From Longimicrobiales bacterium (lineage in GTDB: Bacteria > Gemmatimonadota > Gemmatimonadetes > Longimicrobiales > Gaopeijiaceae), in contig CBDAON010000004.1 of the NCBI GenBank assembly GCA_965198065.1, positions 480,001 to 544,000 on the forward strand: a DNA stretch of 64,000 bases, given 5' to 3'. Below, piece by piece: positions 48,686 to 59,225 of this stretch; within the stretch, counting starts at the first letter, position 1; the number at the start of each line of letters is the position of its first letter. The notes below the pieces were generated by a model that had not been told where the DNA came from, did not search any database, and saw only the letters and a program-made list of their open reading frames with translations. Position numbers and translations under genes: made by a program.

Positions 48686-51309
48686 CTACTCGAGTGACAC
48701 CCATATGGAGCCCTCGGACACGCGAATCGGGAAGATCGACAGAGATTGTCGGTTCTTGCTCACATCTCCCAACTGTTCCTGGCCTACCGCTCTTCCATCC
48801 GCTGCCAAGGCTCCGGCTCACTCCCTTATCTCACCTGTCTCCAGATCGAAACAGCTCTCGTGCCAGCGGCAAGTGATGGAGCCGTCATCTCCCACCTCGC
48901 TATCGTTCAGTGGAAGCATCAGGTGAGGGCAAGCATTGTTGATCGCATGAAGCCGGTCCGCCGTGCGAATGAGGAGGAGATCTAACTTCTCGAGTTCGAC
49001 GACTTTGCGCGTGCCGATGGGCAACTCGGCCTCATTGAGAACGCGCACCCAGTCCAAGCCGGCATATCTGTGACTCGTCTCGTCTGGTTGCTCGACCTCG
49101 GTCTGGAGGGCTGCCGCGGCCGATGGAACCAGTCCCGCGATCTCGTATAAGCTCCGGCGCTCACTCGTCCCCCGCAGCTTTACTCGCACGAAATCCTCGA
49201 TCGTCACGCTTTCCTTCACCTCCTGGTAAAGATCTTCGGAAACGAGTAGGCGAGTGTCCGCGGACTTGTTAGCGGCCTCAATGCGGCTGGCGACGTTGAT
49301 GGTCTCACCGACCCCGGTGAGCTTCTCCGTCGTGGCAGATCCGACGGTACCGATCACGGCCGGGCCGTAATGCATACCGATTCCGACGTCGAAGCTTTAC
49401 CCGAACATTGACCTGCCCCCAAAAGCGGTACCACCTAGAGTGTTAGTCCAAGCACCTCCTTTTGGCTGGGGGGTGGTCCAAGAAGCAGAGGTAGGTTGAG
49501 CAGCTTTGGGTCTGGCCGGATCGCTTCGGGGGCCGGGGGTCGATAACCCAGAGAGCTGTGCGGTCGATGCGTGTTGTATTCGCGCCGCCACTGCTCGATC
49601 AGCACCTTCGCCTCCTCCAGCGAATGGAAGATTTCGCGCTTCAGCAGCTCGTTTCGGAGCGTGCCGTTAAAGCTCTCATTGTAGCCGTTCTCCCACGGGC
49701 TGCCCGGCTCGATGAACAGCGTCTTCACGCCTAGCTCACCGAGCCACTGCCGAACCACTCGGGCCGTGAACTCCGGACCGTTGTCGGAGCGAAGATTCGC
49801 CGGTGGACCGTGCTCGGCAAACAGCTCGCTCAGCGTCTGCAGAACATCGTCCGCCTGAAGCCTGCGAGTCACCACGATCGCCAGGCACTCCCGGCTGTAC
49901 TCATCCAGCACCGTCAGCATCTTGAGCGGCCGTCCATCATGCGTCCGGTCCGCCACGAAGTCATACGCCCATACATGGTGTCGGTACAGGGGCCGCAGTC
50001 GGATACAAGAACCGTCGGTCAGCCACAGCCTTCCCTCGTTTCGGCTGCTTACTTGGCACCTTGAGCCCCTCCTGTCTCCAGATCCGCTCCACCCGCTTGT
50101 GGTTCACGGCCCAGCCCTCCGTCCTCAGCATCCCCGTCACCATCCGGTACCCGCAGCGCCCGAACCTGCGAGCCACCTTCACCACGTCCTCTCTCAGCGC
50201 CTCCTCATCTTCGCTTCGCTTCGGTATCCGACGCTGCGTCGAGCGTGCCTGGCCCAACACCCGGCACGCCTTGCGCTCACTCACCCCAAGCCGCTGGCGT
50301 ACTTGCACCACGCAGCGTCTGCGCCGCTCGGGGCTTAGAAGTTTTAGCTCGAGAAGGAGAACCAACAGCTGAAGCGGGCGGTGGCAGAGCTGACGCTGGA
50401 CAAGCTGATCTTGAAGGAAGCCTCCGAGCTCCTTGAGACGCTTCGCCTGGCTCAGCTTCATTCCCCCGTACTCCCGCCGCCATCGGTAGTACGTTTGCTC
50501 GCTCACCCCCAGGTCTCGCCACACCTCTTTGGTCGTATTGCCGTTCGCCAGGGCCACCTCTGCCTTGCGTAGCCGGTTGATGATCTGTGCCGGACTCAGC
50601 CTCTTTGGTGCGGCCATTGTGCCCTCCCCTTTCGTGTCTTGACCCCGTCCAGATTCTAAAACTGGACTCGGTCTCGTTTTAGGGGGGTAGATCAATAGGG
50701 CTTGAGGTGATCTACCACATGTAGCATCTCCACGGCCGCCTTCACGCCTCGCAGGGGCGCATGAGCGTCGTCCTCGATACCTAAGAGAGCCAGGATACCA
50801 TCCCCGTAGAAGTCGACGATATAGCCGCCGTTGCGCTCCACGACATCGCCGACCTGGAAGAAGTAGCGATTGAGGATGAAAATGACGTCGTATGCTGACA
50901 GCGTTTCGGTCAGGGCCGTGAAACCACGTATGTCACAAAACAGAACGGCGACGTTCTTGAATTCGCCGCAACGCCCCAACCGCTTCCGCGATAACTGGCT
51001 GGTGATCTCTAGATCCGTCTCGTCGATTACTAAGCGTCGGAGCTTCACGTCCCCGACTATCTTGGTTTGACAGGCCAAGCGTACCTCCGGCCCCAACCGG
51101 AGTCGATCTGCGAGGGAGCGTTCCTGGTCTGAGCGTGCGACACAGTTCTCTAGTCCCTCCAGGATCCAGACACGACAGGTGGAGCATCTGGCGTGGCCGC
51201 CGCACGCGTGTGCGTGTGCAAGGTTCGCCCGAAGTGTCGCTTCTAGAATCGTTTCGCCGTCTCTGACGTCGATTTCCCTCCGGTCGGGAAGGCATGTGAT
51301 TCTTGTCAT
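48686..51309 (-). pseudogene. 2Fe-2S ferredoxin / class III adenylate-guanylate cyclase / Rieske fusion, interrupted by IS3 and carrying nonsense codons
   Basis: CGGHARCSTC...RLACQ; LFCDIRGFT; FYGDG; GIGMHYG; GETINVASRIE; Rieske CPH...CRWH; TAA just after the IS and TGA at 48818 (IRE*AG, W expected), open frame continues to 48686. Confidence 0.88.
49409..50694 (-). mobile_element. IS3-family element related to the other copies, with an internal micro-inversion
   Basis: IRs TGATCTACCCCCCTAAAACGAGACC / TGACCTGCCCCCAAAAGCGGTACCAC; orfA and orfB DDE motifs; frameshift near 50035. Confidence 0.93.
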
Positions 51310-52208
51310 CAGCTAGTTGCCTGTAACAGCCTGAGCGTTGAGCGACGTTGATGTGTCGCGAGGGTCATCATACTGCCATTCTTAAGGACGAACGAACGAC
51401 CGGGGGGCGAGATGCGAAGAAGCTTCCTCAACAGCCTGGCCGCCGGAGTCACGAGCAACATCATCTCGCCGATGCACACTACCGTGATCTGCGCATCAGG
51501 TCCGGTCGTTCCCTGATCCTGTTCCAATTGCCGTCCTTCACCCAGGTGTCGGGGACCTTCTCGACCTCCGGCCTCTCATCGCCCTCGGCCGGGGCTTCCC
51601 CAAGGATCAGGTAGCAGTCGTCCTCTGAGATCGCGACCATTCACATCTAAGTATCCTGGCGTCATCTGCCAGCCCCCACCGTCAGAGTGAGCCAAGACTC
51701 GTGCCCTATCCTGCATGGCCACTTCGTGAACTTCGCGCTCCTCGCATGAACTCGCATTCGCTCGTTCGCCCTTCGGGTAACGCTCCGCTGGGCACTACGG
51801 CTGCCTTCGCAAGCTCGTGCCCTTCTTCGCGGCGCGCTCGCGAGCCAGACTCCGTTATCAGAGACTGAGCGCCGGAGGCTCCATATTGATCTCCAGCCAT
51901 AGGTCGGAATCCCAAGAGACAGGCGGTGAGGTGGAATGAAGAGGGCGGCTCAGCACCGTGGTGCAGAGAGCGTCACCTCACCGCCGTACCTCAGCGTCAT
52001 CCAGTACGGGAAATAAACTGGGTGCGTCTCTGGATGCTCAAGCACGACCCGAAGACTGTGGACCAGGCGCTTGTGGCGACGGGCTCGCTCGCGAAGTACC
52101 TGGCCTTCATCAAGGCGGTGCTCGATGAGCTCGCCCCAGGAGGTTGGTCCGACGCGCGAGGTCTCGGGTGGGGCCTTCGGCACCCCGTTTCGGTGCCAGT
52201 CCCGTCGG

Positions 52209-52464
52209 TCAGAGTGTCGCTGCGCCCGTCAACCCGTACCCCACGAGGAGGAGAAGGACACCCGCCACGAAGCCGACCATGAAGGCCGTATAGGAGACCC
52301 TCAGTAGCCGGAACTTCCGCTCGAGGACGCCCCCGAGAGAGTAGAGGTCGCGGGTCATGTTCAGATAGACCCGGTCCGTGTTCCTCATCAAATCCCTGCA
52401 TGCCCTCGACGTAATCCTCTTCGTTCATCCCAACGAAGTTACCGAAGAAGAGGATGTTGGACGT
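52209..52464 (-). pseudogene. C-terminal fragment of a Pycsar-effector-like (DUF5706) membrane domain, truncated by IS3
   Basis: NILFFGNF..M..EDY..GM...M.N.D.VY.NM.RDLY.LG.VL.RKF.LLR.SY..FM.G. Confidence 0.7.
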
Positions 52465-53735
52465 TGACCTGACCCGCTGAAACGAGACCAGGTGCAATGT
52501 TAGGATCGACCTGGTCCGAAGCTTTTCAGCGAGGAGGTCAGGATGGGAAGGAAGCGACACACTCCGGAGCAGATCATCACTGCAGTGCGGGAGGCAGAGG
52601 TCGGTCTGGCCGGCGGCAAATCCGTGAAGCTGATCAGGGGGGAGCTCGGCATCACCGAGCAGACGTACTACCGGTGGAGGCGGGAGTACGGCGGGATGAA
52701 GGTGAGCCAGGCACGGCGCCTGAAGGAGCTCGAGCGCGAGAACGGGCGCCTGAAGCGAGCAGTGGCGGACTTGACACTGGACAAGCTGATCGTGGAGGAA
52801 GCGGCCAAGGGAAACTTCTGAGCCCCGAGGGCCGACGACGTTGTGTGGTGCGTGTACGTCAGCAGCTCGGGGCGTCGGAGAGGAGAGCGTGCCGGGTGCT
52901 CGGGCAGCCACGCACGACCCAGCGCCGGGCGAGGAGAGTGGCGAGTGACGAGGGGGCGCTCCGAGGTGATATCGTGCGACTCGCGAGTCGATTCGGCCGC
53001 TACGGCTAGCGACGCGTCACGGACACGCTCCGCATCGAGGGCTGGGGGGTGAAGCACAAGCGGGTGGAGCGGATCTGGAGGCAGGAGGGGCTGAAGGTCC
53101 CGGAGCGGCAGCCGAAGCGAGGTCGGCTGTGGCTCAACGACGGATCGTGCATCCGGCTGAGGCCGCTGTATCGGGGCCACGTCTGGTCGTACGACTTCGT
53201 GGCCTCAAGGACGCACGACGGGCGTGCGCTGAAGCTGCTGACAGTGCTGGACGAGCACACGAGGGAGTGCCTGGCGATCGTGGTGGCTCGCAAGATCCGC
53301 TCGCACGACGTGCTCGAGGTGCTGGCCGATCTGTTCGTCCGACACGGGCCCTCCCGAGTATCTGAGGTCGGACAACGGACCGGAGTTCACCGCGAAGCCC
53401 GTGCGGCGGTGGTTGGGGCGCGTGGGCGTCGAGACGCTCTTTATCGAGCCGGGCAGCCCGTGGGAGAACGGCTACAACGAGAGCTTCAACGGCAAGCTCA
53501 GGGACGAGCTGTTGAACGGGGAGATCTTCTGCTCGTTGGCGGAGGCGGCCGTGCTGGTCGAGCAATGGAGGCGCGAGTACAATACCGTCCGACCCCACAG
53601 CGCCTGCGGCGGCTTTCCCCCGGCCCCTGAGGCGATTAAGCCGTCGCCCTGGTTCCTGAGGATGCCCGTCCTTCACCGCCCTCCACAGGTGCTGGGACTA
53701 ACATAGGTTGTGGTACCGCTCTTCGGGGCAGGTCA
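52465..53735 (+). mobile_element. IS3-family element, copy 2 (1271 bp), defective
   Basis: Near-identical to 280-1550; same IRs; same TAG at 53007-53009; extra C near 53350. Confidence 0.95.
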
Positions 53736-54141
53736 CTCGCAGAAGGGGGTCGCGGAGAGGGCGGAAGGCCTGAGCGCGACGGTCGCCCTCGACTACCTAG
53801 AGGTCCCCGCTCTACTGACAGTCCGAGTCCCCTCCCAAGGTACGCTTGGTGCCCAACTTTTTCTGGGACCTGCCCTATCGTTTGAGGTTGACTGTCACGT
53901 AACCGGGTCGGATGGCGGTTCGGGTATCTCGACCGGCTGCAAGGGACTCGACCTTGATACGAGAACTGTCGACATCGGTGCGGTCGGAGGTTTCGGACTG
54001 ACGCTAGAAACCACAAGCAGCGTCGTCCTTTCCATAGACGCGCTCTACAATCTCGGCCTCAGAACGATTGTCGATGGGGGAGGCAACAATAGGAATCGAG
54101 CCTTCACCATTCAGGCCGGGGTCGGGTTCACTATTGGCTAG
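53736..54141 (+). pseudogene. 3' fragment of an outer-membrane beta-barrel (porin-family) protein, truncated by IS3
   Basis: LDYLEVPALL...LFLGP...DIG.VGGFG...IDA.YNLGL...GVGF alternating beta pattern. Confidence 0.7.
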
Positions 54142-54289
54142 CCCTAGACGATGCTTTCCAACCCGAACTGCGCACGGGAAGGTCAGGCAGGCGCCGCTAT
54201 CCTCCCGCGCCCAATTCCTCCAGGGATAGTTGGGAAGGATCTCCGATTCGAACGGCCTGAATTTCGGCCGATGAACACGGGAGGGCATC

Positions 54290-54424
54290 ATGAAGGCGCA
54301 CCAGGCGGATGTGATCGAGCGGGGATGGTGGACGTTCCGGTGGGTCGGCGTGATCGCGGCCTACGTAGGCATCGTGAGCTTCTTCGTCTACACCTTCAGC
54401 GACGCGGTGAGGCAGATCACGTGA
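54290..54424 (+). CDS. Small single-TM protein (44 aa, MKAHQADVIERGWWTFRWVGVIAAYVGIVSFFVYTFSDAVRQIT)
   Basis: GGAGGG RBS; GC-rich third positions; below the ORF-track cutoff. Confidence 0.45.
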   Translation: MKAHQADVIERGWWTFRWVGVIAAYVGIVSFFVYTFSDAVRQIT

Positions 54425-54730
54425 CTCATCGTCCCCGCCCCCGCTCCCTCTTCCGTCCAGCGGGCACCACCGGGCGGAGGGGGGGCTCAGGGGGGCGCGC
54501 CTGCCGGGTCGTGGTCGCTCACTCCCCCGCCCTCCTCAGCTTCTCCGCCAGCTCCTTCAGCTCGCCCCCGCGGCGCTCGAGCGCGTCCGCGGCGGAAACC
54601 TCTGTACGTGGCTGGGTACGCGGACCCCCGGATCACGTCCCTGTCGCCATCCCCGGACACGGATCGGGGCCGCCCCGCCGGCGCGGCAGGACGGCCCCTG
54701 TCCCATGTTCGACTTTTGTTAGGTCCAGAG

Positions 54731-54770
54731 TTGTAAGGCAGGCGCTCTGAACCAGCTGAGCTAAGCGCCC
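54731..54770 (-). tRNA. tRNA-Val(TAC) 5' half only, ending at the anticodon loop
   Basis: GGGCGCT TA GCTC AGCTGGTTCA GAGC G CCTGC CTTACAA = acceptor 5' strand, D arm, anticodon 5' stem and loop; no GCAGG or T-arm follows. Confidence 0.85.
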
Positions 54771-54803
54771 CAAGGGGTTTCGTGGCGCCGTTACGCCACT
54801 TCC

Positions 54804-55874
54804 CTACCGGCCGATTCCCAGCGGCTTGAACCTGACGTACTTGGTGATGCTTTCCCGGGGAAGATCGTTCACGTAGAGGTTGCCCTGGAAGTCGACGCCC
54901 AGAAACTCCCACCCCGCCCCCGAGGCCGGCTGGGTGGTCGGGATGAAGGCCGTTACCCAACCAGTCGCGGCGTCTCCGATCCGAATCCCCCTCTCCCACC
55001 CGAAGTTGTCCCGCCACCCCGGACGCTCGGCGCCCGACAACCCATCCACGACGTAGAGCACGTTGTCGCGATCGACGACGAGCCCGCTCGGCTTACCGAA
55101 CTGGGTCCAGATATAGAGCAGGTTGCCGTCCTGGTCGAAGACCTGGATGCGGCTGTTGCCCCGATCGGCCACCAAGATCCGCCCGTCCATGTCCATCGCG
55201 AGACCGTGCGGGTCGTCGAACATCCCGGCTTCCTTGCTCTCATCACCGACACAGCCTCCCCGCTGGAAGAGAAACCGCCCGTCGGGCGAGAACTTGACGA
55301 GACGGTTGTTGCCGCCGCGATGCCCGTCCGCGACCCAGATGCCGCCATTGGTGTCGACGACGACATCAGAGGGACCGTTGAAGTGCGTCTCATCGCACCC
55401 GAAGACGGCCGCCTCGCCCAAGCTCATCACGATCTGTCCCTGCTGGTTCAGCTTATGCACCTGATGTCCTAGCCCTCGAGCGTACCCCGGCTCGGCCCGG
55501 TTATCGCCGTCAGGCGCGCCTTCGGTGACCCACAAGAATCCGTCGCGATCCACGAAGAAGCCGTGGGTGAACCCGAAGAGGCCGGCTCCGAAGCTTTCCA
55601 CCAAGTTCCCCTCGAGGTCGAACTTCAGGATCGGATCCCGGTCGCTGTCGGCGCAGTTGTTCGCCCCGCAGCGGCCGAGCATCCACATGTGCTGGCCGTC
55701 CGGATCGGGGAAGGCGCCGGTCAGCGCCCCGAACTGCTGACCCATGGGTAGCTGGTCCCAAGCACGAGGCAGGGCGTGATACGGGTTGTAGGCTGCCTGC
55801 GCCTGCAGCTGTGCGGACAGAAGCAGGAGGGACGCGGCTAGGCCGAACACCAGTTTGAGGGAGCGGGACATCAC
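54804..55874 (-). CDS. Secreted NHL-repeat beta-propeller (peptidyl-alpha-hydroxyglycine lyase-like)
   Basis: Signal peptide; FNGPSDVVV...IWVADG...NNR.VKF; FDDPHGLA.D..GRI.VADRGNSRIQVFD. Confidence 0.88.
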   Translation of the reverse strand: MMSRSLKLVFGLAASLLLLSAQLQAQAAYNPYHALPRAWDQLPMGQQFGALTGAFPDPDGQHMWMLGRCGANNCADSDRDPILKFDLEGNLVESFGAGLFGFTHGFFVDRDGFLWVTEGAPDGDNRAEPGYARGLGHQVHKLNQQGQIVMSLGEAAVFGCDETHFNGPSDVVVDTNGGIWVADGHRGGNNRLVKFSPDGRFLFQRGGCVGDESKEAGMFDDPHGLAMDMDGRILVADRGNSRIQVFDQDGNLLYIWTQFGKPSGLVVDRDNVLYVVDGLSGAERPGWRDNFGWERGIRIGDAATGWVTAFIPTTQPASGAGWEFLGVDFQGNLYVNDLPRESITKYVRFKPLGIGR

Positions 55875-56056
55875 AGCCTCCTTGCGATTGCCAATGGTTG
55901 CCTTCCCCTACTTGCACTCGATGAAGATGGCGCACGGGGGAGGGTCTTGCGCCTCCTCCTGATGGGCGGCCCGGGCGCGCGGAAGTTCACCTGTGCGGCC
56001 TGATGTTGATCTCCGCAATGGCCGTGGGCCCGGGTCGGAGCCCGACACGAGCTCGC

Positions 56057-56473
56057 TCACTTCGCCACCTCCACACGACGTGCCAACGTCATGGCCAGCC
56101 TCCTGATCCTTCCACCGAAGAGCGCAACGAGTATCACGGCCAGCGGCCAGCCGAGCACGAACCCTGTGCCCCACGCGACGAGCCAGGCGCGGGAGAATTC
56201 GAGGGCGATCAGCGTAAGGACGCCAGAGAGTACCAGCGACAGGAATCCCGAGAGCAGGATGCCGTAGTACCGTTCAACGTGTTCGTTCTTGAGCGGCCGT
56301 GAACCTGCCCGGATCACGGCGTCGCCGGCGTTCCCCATTTCACCTCTGGCAAGTGGTGGGTCGAACGTACCTTCCGCCCAACACTCTGCCCACTCCTCAG
56401 GGGTGGAGGATTCGTTCACTCCGCCGTCTCCCTCAACTTCGTTGCCAATCATCTCTGCCTCCTCCACGGACAA
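56057..56473 (-). CDS. DUF2798-like small membrane protein (start uncertain)
   Basis: ILLSGFLSLVLSG...F..AWL.AW...F..GWP pattern. Confidence 0.5.
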   Translation of the reverse strand: MSVEEAEMIGNEVEGDGGVNESSTPEEWAECWAEGTFDPPLARGEMGNAGDAVIRAGSRPLKNEHVERYYGILLSGFLSLVLSGVLTLIALEFSRAWLVAWGTGFVLGWPLAVILVALFGGRIRRLAMTLARRVEVAK

Positions 56474-56686
56474 CGATCCTCAGAGTACGAGCAGAACATC
56501 TAGCAGTTGCCACGCGTTAAGCGCGATTTTAGCTCCCCGATGTCATCCCGTAACAGCATGATGCGATCAGGCTTCGCGACGACGCGGCGTGTGCTTGCTT
56601 TATGTTACAAAGTTCTTTATATTTGTCCAGCCGCAGCGTACCTGCGCTGGGTTGCGGAAACCGAGCCCTCAACCCCAGAGGAAGCG

Positions 56687-57279
56687 ATGACGACGGACCA
56701 AACCGCGTACCGAGCCGCAGTCCGCCCGTACCGCCTCGCCGCCGGCCTTGCGGTCGCCATAGCACTCCTCGTCATCGCCGCTGGCATCTCCGACCCTGAG
56801 GGGATGTCCCTCCTCTCCGAGGGAATGGTCCTTCTTATGGCTCCCACCATAGTCGTCGGTGCTATCATCGCGCACGTCGCAACGCAGACCCATAGTGCTT
56901 CGTACCGCTGGGGCGTCCGCGCTGCGCTCGCGACAACGTTCGTTCTCTTCCTGATCATTGGCGTTGGGGGCTTCCTCGGGAGTGACACGACCACCCCGCC
57001 GACCTTTTCTACATCGTGATCCCAACCGTTGGAATCACCGGTGCAATCCTCGCGCGTTTCCAGCCACGAGGAATGGCGCACGCGTTGCTCGCGACGGCGC
57101 TCGCCCAGATGGTCGTCCCTGTGATCACCGCCGCCTATTTTGGACGTCAGGGACCGCAGTATTCCCTGTGGATCTGGATCCTCAACAGATTCTTCGTCGC
57201 GTCGTTTGTCGGATCGGCGTTGTTGTTTCGTGATGCTGCGCGGAAGCAACTTCGTGCGGCCGCAGGGCTGGCGGGTTGA
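56687..57279 (+). pseudogene. Multi-TM hypothetical membrane protein, frameshift near 57005
   Basis: RBS plus MTTDQTAYRAAV...; continues in another frame as VG..GA.LARFQPRGMA.AL.ATALAQ. Confidence 0.6.
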
Positions 57280-57514
57280 GCTGCGCACTGGCAATCGAAT
57301 CAGAGACCCCGGAGACGGCTAATCGGGTGAGTTCGGAGAGTGGACGACCCGGCCCCGGGAACCTTACCGCATTCCGGCCCCGATTTCGCGTGATCGTCGC
57401 CACTCTGCAGGAACGACGATCCCTCGGCGGGGCGCAGCGACTTCGCCGCCTCCTCTGTCCGTTACAGCGGACACTTCGAGCAGTCGACGTCGAGGCGACG
57501 TGTGCCGAATCCAC

Positions 57515-58946
57515 CTACGGTCCTTCGATCTGCGCGCGTACAGCGCTCACCTGCTCCGGAAGGACCACGGCACCGGAGTTGCCCCACTCGCTGTACACGT
57601 ATGTGAGAAGGTCGGCCACCTCTTGGTCAGAGAGGGCTACCCCTGGCATGGTGCTGTCGTACTCTGCTCCGTTCACGGTGATAGGTCCGGAAAGGCCGCT
57701 GATCACGATTCGGATCGGCTGCTCGGCATCCCCGTTCAGGAGGTCGGAGCTGGCCAGCGGCGGGAAAACTCCCGGGATTCCCGTCCCCGCGCTCTGGTGG
57801 CAGGCCACGCAACTCTGCGAATAGACCTGACGGCCGAACTCGATGCTCTCTGCGACCGTCCCTGAGCGCAGGGGCTCCACGCGAACGAACCCGAGGCTTT
57901 GGATCGCCCCCCCCTCTGGCTCGTACACACCCTCGGTAATGCGGCCAGAGTAGAGCGCCAAGTCTTCGGGTCCCTCGACGCGAAGCATCCCGAGAGCCCC
58001 TTGTTGAACGCCCGGGTCAGCGCATGGTCGACCAAGAGAAAGGACCCAGGAACCTGCGTCCCAAACTCGACGATCGCGGCGCCTCCGGCCGGAATGGCAG
58101 TGGTCTGCACGTTTCGGTTGACCATCGTGCCTCCTTCGTGCCAGACACGATCGAAGATCTCACCGATCACATGAAAGGACGAAATCAGATTTGGGCCCCC
58201 ATTTCCCACGAAGATCCGCACTGTCTCACCGACCTCAGCCGTTAGCGCACGCTCCTCCGTCAGTGCGTCCACGCTCCCGTTGAAGACCACATATGGAGGC
58301 TCCTCGTCGAGGGCATCGCCATGTCGAAGGGCTGCAGCCCGGAGGCACCGTGCTCCCCCGCCGTATAGACCTCCCCCTGCATCACGTAATATTCACGGTC
58401 CACCTGGGACAGCCCACCCTCGGGCTCGACGAGAATGAGCCCATACATGCCGTTCGCCACATGCATGCCCACGGGCGCGGTTGCGCAGTGGTAGACGTAT
58501 AGACCCGGATTGAGTGCTTTGAAGCTGAACGTGGCCGACTGGCCGGGCGCGACGAGAGATGAGACCGCGCCTCCCCCGGGTCCGGTCACTGCATGCAAGT
58601 CGATGTTGTGGGGGGTTCGGCTCGTCGGATGGTTGCTCAAGTGGAACTCCACCCGATCGCCCTCTCGAACCCGGATCAACGGGCCGGGAACGGAGCCGCC
58701 GAACGTCCAAAAAGTGTACTCGACCCCATCCGCAAGGCGCTCCGTCCGTTCGTTCGTCTCCAGGTTGACGACTACCGTGGTGGGGTAACCACGTGTGATC
58801 GGAGTCGGTACGGCCGGCGGCCCGAGAAGCACCGCCAGCTCCTCACCCTGGGGAACCGGAGGCCCACACGAGCTGAGCTGAAAGCCGATGAGGGCCAGGA
58901 CGGGCCACGAGAGGCGTGGCTGGGTCGAGGCTAAGGTCTTCAGCAT
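57515..58946 (-). CDS. nirK: Copper nitrite reductase with C-terminal cytochrome c; two single-base frameshifts (~58314, ~57998)
   Basis: [61 protein letters not shown]; lipobox-like LSSC. Confidence 0.9.
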
Positions 58947-59225
58947 TCTCCTCGGGACCGATGGGGGGGGCAAGCCTCTGGAGGACTGCGTGCGCGAGTT
59001 CATCGGCGAGCACCCTGGCTGCGGGATGCGTGAGGTCCGTGGCGGAGTCCACGGGCGAAATGACGATATCGACGCTGCAGAGAGGAAGCTACTGAGCGCG
59101 GTAGAGAACAGAGGGTCGGAGACTGCTTTCAAGCTGTACGTACGGGAGCCAGTAACCGTGCCCGAATGAGGAACCCTTGGGCGGGGTCGCGTGGCGTCGC
59201 GCAAATGGACTCGACGGCGGCCGAG

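Noticed and set aside
51700..51870. attC-like imperfect hairpin (GGGTAAC...GTTATCA)
   Set aside because: Core sites do not fit RYYYAAC/GTTRRRY well; no IntI or cassette array in the window
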